This document shows positions 26,409 through 40,240 of a stretch of 64,000 bases of DNA, one piece after another (positions within the stretch are counted from its first letter, which is position 1; the number at the start of each line of letters is the position of its first letter). The DNA lies in contig NC_043000.1 of the NCBI RefSeq assembly GCF_006345805.1, positions 129,766,001 to 129,830,000 on the forward strand. Reading direction: 5' to 3'. Under the pieces are notes generated by a model. That model was not told the DNA's origin and did no database searches. It saw only the letters and a list, made by a program, of their open reading frames with translations. The position numbers and the translations under genes were made by a program. The DNA is from Octopus sinensis. Lineage: Eukaryota.

Positions 26409-27896
26409 ATGTGTGTGTGTGTAACATAGGATATTTATGAATGCATAAGTATGGGATAATTATAGATAGAAATGTATGTCTGTGTATGTATGTATGTATG
26501 TATATATATATATATATTATATATATATTATATAATATATATGCTGAGTATCTCTGTCTCTCTCTCGCTCTCTATGTATGTATGAAATGCGTAATAATGT
26601 TTAAGTGTAGCAATATTATACGAACAGTTGGTTCAACCGCAAAAAAAAACATACCTATATAGCAGAGAATTATTCTGTGACATTTTTTGTCACATTTTAA
26701 TACATTTTTATCTAACCATCTAGGAAATTAAAATAAAATGCGAAATATCGGACATTATTTTCGTTTAGATTTATCAATTCTCTCTAGTGAGACTTTTGCA
26801 TTCTTCTGTAAACTTTGTTAATGAAACGTAAAATAATGACTTTTAGACGGATTGTTTGTTTTATATACCTACACGTTAGGGGGAGCAAACCACGGATACT
26901 TGAAAAGCTGTAAACCGAAAATAATTTTTCCCGCAGAATCGAAATAACCACAAAATAACTGCAATATTAAGAGCCAATCGAAGCCCAAGTTCTGCATAGT
27001 GTTACTAAAATTTTTGAATCGACCCCATAGAAGTAAAAATATTTGCTCATTGAACGCTTCCACTTCGCTTGTCCTAAGCCATAAAGAGACTACAGTCTAC
27101 AATCGTGATGAAAACAGAAAGAAAGGCGATAGAAATATTGCAAAATTTACGACAGCGAACAAACACAGCAATGTCTCACTGAGTCACCAAGCGTCATTGT
27201 GAAGGACTAATATGAACGAAGCATGTTCAAAGTTGCTGCCAAGATGCAACATATTAGTCTAACACCCTACTGCCTCTTTATATTTAATTAATTTTAATTA
27301 ATTAAATTTGTAGGCTTTCCGTCTCTTCTTCCCAATATTTTGAAATCAGAATCAGTCATTTAGAAAAGAGATTTGTTCGTCACCACATGTTTAATTAAAT
27401 CCATGGCATTCTGTGTCAACTATGCCGGAGTCATCTCGACACGAACATGCTGCAATTTATTTAAGTGTTCAGTATTAATCATCAAGGTGTAAATCTGATT
27501 TTATGAATTTTTATTCTGGGAAATACTTAAAAGAACCGACCGCACGCTCTTAATCCCGAAGCACTTCTTTCTCTTCTTGACTCTACGGAAACTTGTCACT
27601 CAAGTTAAACCACTAACTCAGAACGCAAATTAACAAATTATGTGCGAGTCAACGAAGTTATCTTAATGGGGTAACTACCAAAATACGTTTGATCATGTCT
27701 GCTATCTGGGAATAAGTAACCACACATACACACACACACACACACATACACACATACACATTCTAGTCATCCAGGAACATTTACAAGTTTCCTGTATGAC
27801 TAGTTTGAATGAATATATATATACGCACACACGTATACATATACATACATATATACTTACATATGCATACACTTACACACACACACACATACGTAT

Positions 27897-27948
27897 CTTT
27901 ACTTTTACTTGTTCCAGTCATTTGACAGCAGCCATGCTGGAGCACCGC
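27897..27948 (-). mobile_element. Isolated SINE B/LINE 3' tail
   Basis: rc GCGGTGCTCCAGCATGGCTGCTGTCAAATGACTGGAACAAGTAAAAG. Confidence 0.75.
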
Positions 27949-27949
27949 T

Positions 27950-27987
<38 letters not shown>

Positions 27988-29629
27988 ACCAACCAACGAT
28001 GATTAAGGTAAACGCGCTTATTTATCGTTAAAGTCTCGGTACACTAATTCGTGAAAGGCATTTGTTGCGGGATTTTGTCGCGGAGAAAAAATTCACTCTA
28101 AAAACATTGCATGTCATTTCGAATTTCAAATGACACCATCCTTCTGTTGTACTTGTTTCGGCGTGGTTTCGTCTCTTACATGCTAGATACTGCTTGCATA
28201 TTTGGAGCTCAAGTTAAACAAATGATATATTTTCCGCCGTACTTTTGAAGCTTTGCCACCCGGAGTTAATTTGGTATAAGCACACAAATCAGTGAAAACG
28301 AAAATAAAGGCGTGGAAATTAATTTTTGGTACGTTCCCGCACACTGTCGCCTGTGAAGCATTCGCATCGCAATGGAGTTTTGTTCCGAAGAAAAACTTCT
28401 CCCTGTGGTCCTTCTGTGTGAAAATATACATCGAACCTAGCAAGGGGACAAAATCATGCAGAAACACGAATCTGGTAGTTTGATGACGTCAGTTGATCAG
28501 CATAGGTGTTACCTTAAGTTTCTTTTACGTCTAACAGTTCACCTAGCAATTCAACAAATAGTGGCGATAAAAATATGTACCATACAGAAATATGTATGAA
28601 GCTAGATAGGGTAAGCGTTGGGCATGGACTTGACTGCAGTTTGTTGACTGAAACTAGTGGTAAAAATAATGAGCAATTGATATAATATACATTTCAAACA
28701 TTTCATATACACCTTATACATTATTGAACAGAACGAGTTACCTTTCTTGATTTTTTTCGCCATCATCACTTCATCAAACACGATGAAGTCTATGCTCCTT
28801 TACTAATGGCGTCATAAAAAGCGGAAACACGCTAGAGTTGTCCCCCGTATTTGTTGAACTAATTTTGATAATACAAGTCATGAATAATTTTACTTTTTGC
28901 CTAACTGCACAAATATTTCTAGTTAGGCCTATTTTTATTGCTTGCCTACATTAACACAAGCTCAACTGTATTTTATACACTAGCCTCACTGAGAATCAGA
29001 ACAATAGATTAGAGAATTTTACACACACACACAGACACACACGTGTGTGTGTGTTTGTGACTGTGAGTATGCATGTTTGTGTATTTGTTCACATCTTTAT
29101 ATTAAACAGAATTGCGATTGTTCACTTTTCCAAAGAAGAATTACTGCTTTCTAATGGTGATGTTTAGATACGAAAATAAGGATTGCTGTTTTCAGTTTAT
29201 ACAGATATGAGTTTGAACAGACAATTGTCCCTTAGTTACAGAATTAAACTTTCAGAACTCTGAGCCAACGCGAATTACACGATGCAAGATATCTTGGTTA
29301 AAACAGAAGCTAATAAATAAGTTTGGATATTCTGTGAACTGCTTTGATATTCACTGAAAACTGACTTGAGTGAATGATGTCGGTTGATATGCTTTCTTTA
29401 CATCATACATGAATAAATTTGAAGTTTTTGAATGTAGCGGGGTACATTTTGTGATCCATATTAGTTTGCAGATCAATTAATATATCGATCTACTTTCTCT
29501 TTCACCCATTCATTCAATATTCCAAGCCATGAAACATAACATTTTATATCTACAAAAATCCATAAAATTATTCAACCAAATAACCAGCTAACCAGACGTA
29601 TGTAATACGAATATCCATAGCATACATGG

Positions 29630-29680
29630 TTGTCTATCTGTCTGTCTATCAATCTATCCATCTCTCTAACTAACCATCTA

Positions 29681-29776
<96 letters not shown>

Positions 29777-29798
29777 CATCTCTCTAACTAACCATCTA

Positions 29799-29875
<77 letters not shown>

Positions 29876-29930
29876 CTCTCTCTTTCTCTATCTATCTATC
29901 TATCTGTCTATCTATCCATCTATCCATCTC
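29630..29930. repeat. (TATC)n tetranucleotide array with an internal ~118-bp duplication
   Basis: CCATCTCTCTAACTAACCATC occurs at ~29658 and ~29776. Confidence 0.95.
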
Positions 29931-30102
29931 TCGCTCTCTCTTTCTTTCTATCTGTTTGTCTATCCGTCTGTCAATATAAATAACTCTCGATCGATCAATC
30001 GATCGCTCAGTTTACATAAATTGCATGTCTGTATGTCCTTGTTTCCATTATTTTTATACCCATCTATACACCACAAGTATACACAGTGCTAAAACACACA
30101 CA

Positions 30103-30143
<41 letters not shown>

Positions 30144-30779
30144 TTCTATTTTTCTTTGATTCTGTCTTTATTATTTCTCTTTCTCTCTCCCTCGCTTTCT
30201 GTGTATATGTTTATGTACACATATACATACCTTGCATATGTGTGTGTGTGCGCATGCGCGCGTGTATGAGTGCGTATTATGTTCATATATATGACTGTAG
30301 GCTTGTCTGTGTGCTTCTTTTAATATCTAGTCATTCAGAAAAACATACAAATATGTGTAGGATGTTTCAATATTATTGCTACGGGCCAACAGATATCTAT
30401 AGAAATAAATATTGATGTGGGATCATACATTTCATAAAATAAATATGTTCATTACTTCTCCAGTTTGCTCTTGAGAACATAATTAAGGCCATACTGAAGT
30501 CTTACAATCAAAATAAGAAACCTAACATTCTTTTTGCCATAATTTTCCATTCGCCGTTCGTAACACGAACATGTAAGCAAACATTTTATCGGGAATAACC
30601 ATCTCTTAGAATGGTGTCTTTTCTACACCCAGGTTATATTTCTCCTCAAGAATACCCAGAAACCTGTCAAGTAAGTCCTTGAGACTTGGTTATTAATTTT
30701 ACAGCAGTGACAGGAAGGAAGTTGTGCAATTTTGGAAATGGTTTCCTTGGCGGCGAACATCTTTAGTTTCCTTATAATT

Positions 30780-31150
30780 TAACTTTCTACGTGTTTTAGT
30801 CTCTGGAATACGATCATGCTGGAGCACTGCCTCGAAGGTTTTAGTCGAACAAATCGACCTCAGTGTTTCTTTTTGAAGTTTCGTACATATTTCATCGATT
30901 ACTTTTGCCGAATTACTAAGTTACAAAGACGTAGAAAATCCAACACCAGTTGTCAAATAGTTTGTTGGATCAAACACAAGACTCATACGCACACACGCAC
31001 ATGAAAACACACACACACACACAGAGTCTTATTCACAATCAACCAATTCCACTCACAAGGTTTTCGTCAGTCCAGGGCACTATAGCAGAAAATACTTGCT
31101 TAAGGTGCTGCGCAGTGGAACTGAACCCGAGACCATGCAGCTACAAGCCA
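30780..31150 (-). mobile_element. SINE family B, diverged
   Basis: CATGCTGGAGCACTGCC, TAGTCGAACAAATCGACC, TTCCACTCACAAGG and GTGGAACTGAACCC occur in family B order. Confidence 0.75.
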
Positions 31151-31347
31151 GCAGCATCTTGTAAAAGAAAAAAAATCTTCAAATAATTACATGGTCACTT
31201 TAATAGGGACCAGACTCAAACATTTTGAAGAAACTCATTTCTCATTTTTCTATGATGCAAGTGAAAGGAAGATGCGGATTCATAAATGCACGCAAGTTCA
31301 TACACAAACATTTCTATACATACACTAATATATATATATTAGAATAA

Positions 31348-31565
31348 GGCGGCGAGCTGGCAGAAACGTTAGCACACCGGGCGAAATGCTTAGCGGTATT
31401 GCGTCTGTCGTTGCGTTCTGAGTTCAAATTCCGCCGAGGTCGACTTTGCCTTTCATCCTTTCGGGGTCGATAAATTAAGTACCAGTTACGCACTGGGGTC
31501 GATGTAATCGACTTAATCCGTTTGTTTGTCCCCTCTATGTTTAGCCCCTTGTGGGCAATAAAGAA

Positions 31566-31566
<1 letters not shown>
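31348..31566 (+). mobile_element. SINE family A, monomeric
   Basis: Closely matches the first unit of 53849-54244. Confidence 0.9.
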
Positions 31567-31601
<35 letters not shown>

Positions 31602-31811
31602 TACATACATACAAGAGGGATGACCACTATGTGGATATCCATATGCTAGAAGTAGATCCCTATGGTCTTACCACTCAGTCGTCATCCCTCTTATATTTAT
31701 GTAATTCAATTCCTCTGAATTTTCAGATTTTTCTACATGCTAGACCACTGGTTTTAAATTTGATATTAATCAAATTAATATTCAATTTTTTACCCTTATT
31801 ATTTTAAATTT

Positions 31812-31847
<36 letters not shown>

Positions 31848-31869
31848 ATATATAATATATATATATATA

Positions 31870-32062
31870 TGTAACTGAAATTTAAAGAAAAAACAAAGAC
31901 GAAGACGCGTGTATGAACCACAAGCAAATGTAATAGTTTGACGCTCGGGTAAGTGAGAAATCTTTTACGTTTCGTAACTACGCTCTTCCACAAAAGGAAT
32001 AAGAGAAAATATACAGAGAGAGAGAGAGAGAGAACAAAAAAAACTTGTGGATTTAGCGACCA
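31870..32062 (-). mobile_element. Penelope-like 3' terminal fragment with a decayed hammerhead, abutting (TA)n
   Basis: rc ...TGTGGAAGAGCGTAGTTACGAAACGTAAAAGA...CCCGAGCGTCAAAC; layout parallels the 35353 and 62884 elements. Confidence 0.5.
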
Positions 32063-32136
32063 AGTATGGTTGCTCACACATACACACATACATGTATGTA
32101 TGTATATTTTGTTTAAATCTTTGTATGTCTATATAC

Positions 32137-32171
<35 letters not shown>

Positions 32172-32179
32172 TTATATAC

Positions 32180-32228
<49 letters not shown>

Positions 32229-32629
32229 ATATATATGCGTGTGTATGTGTATATGCTACATAAAATAACATATACAATGGTACAAAACTCACAAGAAAGG
32301 CCAAAATCTAAATGATCAACAGTAAAAAGCGTTAAGGAAGCCCTACACTTCAGCTATCTCATTATCATAAAGTAAAGTGGGGAGCGCCGCGTTAAGAGAT
32401 GAAGAAATTTGCCATTCATCGCTGAAGAAATATGGTCGGTAAGTTTTAAAGTCAGTAACACTTCAACAAGTACACTTCAGATCTTTGCTATCCATTCTTT
32501 CAGCTCTGTTTGAGATATCTGAAAACTGTTACTTATCAAAGCTGTGAACTGGTGATTTACAATTGAGACTTTACTTACTTTAAGACAGTTGCCTGTTTAC
32601 TTCAGTTTCATGCTTTTTTCTTCTTCTGA

Positions 32630-32701
32630 AACTACTAATACTACTACCACCACCACCACCACCACCACTACCATCACCACCACACTACTACTACTACTAG
32701 T

Positions 32702-32732
<31 letters not shown>

Positions 32733-32851
32733 ACTACCACTACTACTACTACCACTACCATCACCACCACCACCACCACTACCATCACCACCACTACCAT
32801 CACCACCAACCACCACCACACCACCACCACAACCACCACCACCACTACTAA

Positions 32852-32883
<32 letters not shown>

Positions 32884-33675
32884 TACTACTACTACTACTA
32901 ACTACTACTACTAACTACTACTGCTGCTGCTACTTGTTTTATGTTTTCTCTTCTGTTTATTTCGTTTCCTTCTACTCTAACTACACCCCAAATATGAAAG
33001 GAAGCTTGTTACTTCGACTACTACTACTACTATTACAACTACAGCATTGAGAGCAGAAAGTAGTAGTGGTAGTAGTAGCAGAAGAAAGAAGAAGAAGAAG
33101 CAGACGAAGACAAAGAAGAAGAAGTGTGATATAAAAGAGGCATGCTTTTAGAGACCGAGAGCAGTGTTATTATTGTCGTTGTTGCTGTTGTTGCTGTAAC
33201 CCTTTCTTTGTTGATATATCATTGTTATAATTGTTGTTGTTGTTGTTGTTGTCGTCGTCGACGTCGTTGTTGTTGTTATTGTCTCTGCCACTCTCATTGA
33301 TTTGCAAATATCTTCTTTTTGACATCTGAAGACTTCACTTTCACTCTTAAAATTTGTGCTTGTGGTATGCATGTACATAGAAAGGTAGATATAGATAGAC
33401 AGATTGAAAAAAGAGAGAGTAACACAGAGAGAGAGAAAGAGAGAGAGGCAGAGACAGATAGATAGTTATATGGACATTAGGCGCTTCAGTTCACCTTGAA
33501 AAAGATCGATAAAAATCAATAAATAATAGTAAAACCATGTCCTTTTGATTTCAGGCTGTGAACCCTATTCTAAAGGAAATTTCAAAGCAATCGCGTAAAA
33601 GCCACGCTGGTGCCAATGGTGACGAGGCTGATAGAAGAAAGAGCATAAAAATGTCATTAAATAATGAAATAAAGG

Positions 33676-33707
<32 letters not shown>

Positions 33708-34075
33708 ACGATGACGACGACGATAAAGGCAAAAGCGACATCAACGTTACCACTGCTGCTGCTACTACTACTAATGCTACTGTAGCTGCTGCTGCTTCTG
33801 TCGCTGCTGCTACTATTACTACTACTACTGATGATGATTATGAAGAAGAAGAAAAAATGATGATGATGAAGAAGAAGATGATGATGATGATGATGATTGA
33901 TGATGATGATGATGAAGAAGAAGATGATGATGATGATGATGAAGGTGATGATGATGAAGAAGAAGAAGAAGAAGAGAAGAAGAAGAAGAAGAAGAAGAAG
34001 AAGAAAAAGAAGAAGAAAAAGAAGAAGAAGAAGAAGAAGAAGAAGAAGAAGAAGAAGAAGAAGAAGAAGAGAAAG
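32630..34075. repeat. Cluster of trinucleotide repeats: (ACT/ACC)n, (GTT)n, (GAT)n, (GAA)n
   Basis: Directly visible; explains the poly-T/V/M/K/R/S ORFs. Confidence 0.95.
33555..33674 (+). CDS. Candidate internal host exon (120 nt, phase 0/0): AVNPILKEISKQSRKSHAGANGDEADRRKSIKMSLNNEIK
   Basis: Acceptor CCTTTTGATTTCAG|G, 40 open codons of non-repetitive composition, donor AAG|GTGATG. Protein not recognised. Confidence 0.45.
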
Positions 34076-34504
34076 CTAACAGTAACGACAGCCGTAATAA
34101 TCTCATTTTCTTTTACTTCGAAATAAAATACAAAGAATTAAAAAATATAAAAAGAAATAAAAATGTTACTACTAATAATAATAACTACTAACTAATAAAA
34201 CTGATTGTTTGACTGAGCAGAAAGCCTGAGATTTATAAAGGAGTGAAATATAAGAGATTTTGTGACGTGTCTGTCTTTCTGACTGGCATTAGCGGTGTAT
34301 TTGAAGTGGAATGGCATCAAACGGCAATGGATCAATGACAACAACAACAACCACAACAGGAACACTAAAAGCAGTTGCAACAGCAACACTAAGAATATAT
34401 GGAATGTTAGTATAATACTATCATACCAAAAGGCCTAAAATAGAAAGGCACTTACAAAGGCAAATTTTACAAAGAAATGGGAAGGGCGCTTAGAATGATA
34501 CAAG

Positions 34505-34564
<60 letters not shown>

Positions 34565-35352
34565 ATATATATATATACATATATAATATACATATATATA
34601 TATACATACATACATATTATATATATATACCATATATACATATATATATAATATACATATAGGTATATATATTATATATATTATAATATATATATCTATA
34701 TATATACGTATGTGTGTATGTATGTATGTGTTGTAATCTATACCAATGCATAATATATATATATGTGCACATATATTCACACACGTATATTCATTATATA
34801 TGTATGAGTTGTGTGCGTGCGCATGCGTATTAGAGTACTGTAGAAACCTGTCATTCCATGTTACTAATAGTTTCAAAGTTACCGAATGTGGTTGAGTGCA
34901 TATTAGGAGTAGTAGTCTATGTTACTCAATGCAGAACTATACCTTTATTTTTTCCTGTTTATAAACCAGTGGGAAAGGCAGTGCAATGGCCAATAAAGGA
35001 ACCTCCAAAGCTGGAGGAAAGGATGTTGAAGGGTATGTTCAAACAGGAAACCTGGTCCAAATACTTGCAAATAGGTCTAATGTACTAAATACATACAAAG
35101 TACCAGGAGATAAACTTCAACCGGTTCGCAGATTTCGTCAACCAGCCAAGTAGGCAATGGCGGAAATTTCCGTCCCGACATTCTTACAATGCTGCTACAA
35201 TACGGAAAAGACGGCACAAACATACATAATTTGATAGCTTTAGCACACGTAATTGTATAATTTGATATAATAATAAATCATCTAGTTATATGGCATAGCA
35301 TACATATATATTATCTATATATATATAATATATATATATAATATATATATAT

Positions 35353-35572
35353 AGGTTAATCCAAACAAGAAAACGAAAAAAAGAGAAAGAAAACACAGCA
35401 AACGCGAGGACGTGAACAATTAAAGTATTATTGACGCTCAGGAGAAGAAGGAAGGAGGGTTTAAACGTTTCGAGCGGAGCTCTTTCGTCGGAAACAAGGA
35501 GAAGGAAAGATCCCAAGAAGGAAGACAGAGGAAAAATATTTTTGCTGGGGTGGGCTCAAGAGATCACATGTT
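35353..35572 (-). mobile_element. Hammerhead-bearing Penelope-like terminal element in (TA)n; core mutated to CCGACGA
   Basis: Homologous to 62884-63083 over ~200 bp; rc GTTT CCGACGA AA GAGC TCC GCTC GAAACGTTT AAAC. Confidence 0.7.
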
Positions 35573-36547
35573 GATATATACATATATATATATATATTTA
35601 TATATATAATTATATAACCTATGATCTATCCTTGTAAAGCTGTGCTCCTATGCAAATTTTCAAGTGTCTGAGCGCAAAACTATGGCCTATATCTTCGGAC
35701 ATCCATATATATATATTTATATATAATATATATATACAAATATATATAAGAACATAGATAGACACACACACACACATATATAAATATAAGCTTATATATT
35801 AATACACATATATAAGCATATGTACATATACACACATATATAAGCATATATACATGCATACAAATACATAAAATATACATATTCATTTCTTTTCTATACG
35901 TACGCATATATACACGTGTGTGCGCGCGTGTGTGTTATATTTAATTATATATTAAATATTAAATCAAACTCTTTGGATGTAAAGCCTGAATGTCTGTCCT
36001 ACCCTATTTCTTCGTGCCTCTCAATAAGCATGTACGTCAGTATGTAAATATGAATGAGTGTATTTATATATGGATGTTCGAAGAAATAGGCCATAGTTTT
36101 GCGTCCAGACACTTGGAATTATGCATAGGAGCACAGCTTTTCAAGGAAGATCATAGGTTATGTGGCTTTCTCTGACACTTTCTGATCTTTCTGAAATAGC
36201 ACATTTATTTTTGTTAATTGAAATTGATTAATTATGTAAATTAGTACAGTATTCGGAGAAAAAAATTATTATTCCAGACAATAATAAACGAAGTGTAAGA
36301 GTAAATTTTTACGTTAGATTCGATTATTTTGTGTGTTTTTATGAAACTCAAACCGAATCACTTTCTGGATTGTTCGGATACACCAATGCTAATTCAAACA
36401 ACGTTTACGAACCAAGTAATAACTGCCAGCATGTTTTTGAAACACTTTATCCCAGATATGAGGAATTCATAGGATTATATATTTTTAAGGCATTAAAAAA
36501 TTGGGGCAAGCCCGGGTACTGTTGTTAGTCTTAGTACGAGTGTTTTC

Positions 36548-36629
<82 letters not shown>

Positions 36630-36656
36630 ATCTATCTATCTACTATCTATCATCTA

Positions 36657-36738
<82 letters not shown>

Positions 36739-36748
36739 ATATCTATCT
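36548..36748. repeat. (TATC)n array
   Basis: Directly visible. Confidence 0.95.
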
Positions 36749-37204
36749 GTTTGCATGCAGTCGTACATCTCTCTCTCTCTCTCTCTATATATATGCTGCT
36801 TTTGTCTTATACTTCGACACATGCCAATATTGTTCCACATTGCTCTTTACATTCATTTTGCCATCCAATTAATAATAGCATTATTTCCCCTCCAACTTAC
36901 TCCTGGTCTTACTTCCTTCACATCACTCAACTAAAGATTTCGTACACGTACACACACACAAACACCCCGCTATCCCACAACACAATATTTGCACATTTGC
37001 ACACCTCTGTACACATACTTATACTGCTGCCCCTTCTTATGCCTCTTTCACGATACGCCCTTATACTTTTGTCTACACAGCTGTCCCTGCCACCCTTCTA
37101 ACCTTCCCCTCATAGAACAGCATTTATACCTGGTTTCTACCGTTTGGACCGTTTGTTTGCTTTTGTTACCAGCTATTTCTCTTTCTCTCTACGCTATCTC
37201 ATTT

Positions 37205-37240
37205 TCTTTTGATGATGGACTCCTATCCGAAACGTTAAGA
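37205..37240 (+). ncRNA. Minimal type I hammerhead ribozyme motif with C3>U (probably inactive)
   Basis: TCTT TTGATGA T GGA-ctccta-TCC GAAACGT T AAGA: stem I TCTT/AAGA, stem II GGA/TCC, palindromic stem III ACGT. Confidence 0.6.
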
Positions 37241-37834
37241 CACTTTCTATCTTCTTTAAAACTTTCTTACTTCCTTATTGTCTTTTTCATTGTTCATTAG
37301 ATTTATACTACACTTGTATTTCATCAAAAGCGTTCTCTATTTTGTGAAGTCACCTAGAACAACTCTGACATATATTTCTCCTTTTAAAGATTTTATTTTG
37401 TGATATGTAAAAGGTTTGACAGCTATTTTTTGCACAAACAGTGCTTAGGTACTCTCACTGTTTATCTTGGATAATTTGTCGTTGTTGCTGTTGTATTTAA
37501 CCCTAGGTCACCTCACTTGGAGTGGACTTACGTTCAAAGTTATTCCATCTATGATCAACTCATCTTATTCCTATAAGAGGCGAAAATATTGCCACGTTAT
37601 CCAACGTATATTTTTTTGAGATGGAGGATGTGTAATCAGAGTTTGATTGGGCTGAGATTTAACAGGTCGAACGATCATATGGAATCTATATGGTGAGCAT
37701 CTGGGTAATTTTCACAGATAAATTTCTTGGCGAACTGGAGACACCAGAGGATATAATCGAACGATTTTTCTCTCTAAATATCTGCTTCTCCATCTATAAT
37801 GCTCTTCTGTCTTGGTATATTCTATTTTTATTTA

Positions 37835-38395
37835 TTTATTTCAGTCATTGGACTCCGGCTGTACAGTAGCATCGCATTGAAAGGGTTAGTTGAGCAAATC
37901 GACCGCTGTATTTGTTTCTTTTTATTATTTTTTATAGTCTGGTACTTATGCTATTTGTTTCATTTGTCAAACCGGTAAGTGACGGTGACGTTTCGTAAGT
38001 AAACCTGCACCGGTTGTTTAGCGGTCAAATGGAGACAAACACACAGACATACGTGCGCACACAGAAACACACACTCTCATACACAAACATACACACGCAT
38101 ACACAAATACACACACGCATATATATATATATTATATATATATATATATATACAACGAGCACCTACAGAGGTTGCATATATATACATATATACAACGAGC
38201 ATCTTCATAGTTTCCCTTACCTAAATTCACTCACATGGCACTAGACAGCCCGAGGCTATGATAAAAGATGCATAGCCAAACAGCGGGTCTGAACCCAAAA
38301 CCACATAGCTGATCCCAAAACCGCGTTGCTGAGCCCAAAACCACGTGGCTGAACCCAAAACCAACGCGAGTTTCTTAACCACACAGTTATGCCTG
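37835..38395 (-). mobile_element. SINE family B, diverged, with a 4x20-bp tandem expansion in the head
   Basis: TTTCAGTCATTGGACT tail, GAGCAAATCGACC, AAATTCACTCACA; CTGAACCCAAAACC repeats at 38289-38368. Confidence 0.7.
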
Positions 38396-38757
38396 TATGT
38401 TGAAAACTTTCCATGCCGGGATTCGAATATGAACCATCTGGGTGAATCCCAGGTATCCAATATGTATATGTTTAATACAGATTAATAATATCTTTATTTA
38501 TCGCTTCATCCCTACTACATACCCCTTTCACTTTAAAACAATCATTAAGTGCAAGTAGTTAATCTAATATTTACTCGTGTGAGCCTACAAGCTGTTTCAA
38601 GGTATGAAATAGATTCTTAATTTTTTCCGTTTTAAGGTGTACTTAATTACCTTGCCTTAGTGTCATAGATTTTCATTTCAAAACAATATCAGTTTGAATA
38701 TGGAATGAGTGACACACACACACACACACACACACACACCACACACACACACACACA

Positions 38758-38799
<42 letters not shown>

Positions 38800-39371
38800 A
38801 AAGTTAGATGTATGTATGTATTATTATTTTATTATTATGGGTGCCCCTGGAGCTGATGTCTTTGTTGAAATGACCATCATCATCATAGTAATAAATTATC
38901 ATCACTCGTCGACGTCATCATCATCATCATCATCATCATCACCGTCGTTGTCGTCACAGTCGCCGTCGTTGTTGCTCGTTTCCGTTATTGTTGTTGTTGT
39001 TGCTGTTATGACTGCAGATGTTGGTGATGATGTTGTTGAAAGGCAAAATTCCAGAAGAGATATCGATTTACGTTGAAAATCCATAGAAACGTCTACAGAA
39101 GTGGCCAATGGCAATGAATGAAAAGTTCAAATGGTAAAAAAAGAAAAAAAAAAAAGAAACTAATCGAGATATTTCTAAGAGAATTCCATAAAACCAGGAA
39201 AGGGAAAGAAACGGGGTGGAGGAGGGAAAAGAATGAGAAGGTGGGGAGGAAGGGAAGTAATCAAATGAAAAAGATAGCAAGCGACATGGAAGAATAACGA
39301 GACAATAGGTGCGAGAATTAGATAGATAAAGAAAAGAAGAAAGGTGTTAGAAAAGAAATGTACATACACAC

Positions 39372-39406
<35 letters not shown>

Positions 39407-39934
39407 AGTGCGCGCACATATACACATATACTTGTCTATTGAATATTTCTACCAAGCCTTAAAATTAATATTCATTAGCTCCCTAATTCCACAACCGTTT
39501 CTGCCAAATTTGTAAACTTCTCTGTTTTCATTGGCCACCTCGAACTCCCCACTGTTACCTCAGTCTCCCGGAACACTCTCCCCATTTCCCCTCAACCCAC
39601 ACCTTAACCATAACTCCTATCCCCTATTTCCATTTTACTCGCCTCAGCTCCTTCTGCATTCATATTCTTGACAGATTTTAATATGATAGAAGGTTAGCGA
39701 TGTGTTTCAACAGTTTGAATAATTAACTGTAATGTAATTAAAAGAAGCTGATACTAAATTAACAACGAGTATGTTCTCACGTGTGTGCAATTTTTATTCT
39801 ACGTATTTGTAAAATTAGAGCAAGGAGGTGTCGTTCTATTTTAAAACTCTCTGGAACTTAATTCCATCGAACTGGATTAATTAGTGTGTAGGACATAGGT
39901 TGAGATATTTGAAACGTGCTACTTTGGCAACTGT

Positions 39935-40240
39935 GGAGGCACATGACCTAGTGGTTAGAGCAGCGGACTCGCGATCGAGGGATCGCGGGTTCGAATCTAA
40001 GACCGGGCAATGTATCTGTTTATGGGCGAAACACCTAAAGTCCACGCGCCTCCTGCAGAAGGTACTAGTGAACTTCTGTTGACTCGTTCGCCACAACTTT
40101 CTCTCGCTTTTTCCTCCTGCATCTTGCAGCTCACCTGCGACGGACTGGTGTCCCATCCAGGTGGGGAACCTATGCGCCAAGGAAACCGGAGAACCGGCCC
40201 TTATGAGCCAGGCATGGCTCGAGAAGGAAGAACAACAAAC
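39935..40240 (+). mobile_element. SINE family C
   Basis: Colinear with 13126-13429. Confidence 0.9.

Noticed and set aside
26920-27202. Acceptor-like TTTTTCCCGCAG followed by a nearby ORF
   Set aside because: All three frames stop within ~65 nt of the acceptor and there is no donor.
28484-28491. CRE palindrome TGACGTCA in a complex region
   Set aside because: A single 8-mer is expected by chance in 64 kb; no promoter evidence.
32589-34126. Poly-T/V/S/K/R/M ORFs
   Set aside because: Trinucleotide repeats; only 33555-33674 has exon-like signals.
36330-36530. Possible Helitron 3' end (GGGGCAAGCCCGGG...TTAGT)
   Set aside because: Imperfect hairpin, no CTAG terminus and no convincing helicase motif.
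38289-38368. CRISPR-like repeat array
   Set aside because: 20-bp directly tandem units within a SINE, no spacers, eukaryotic context, no cas genes.
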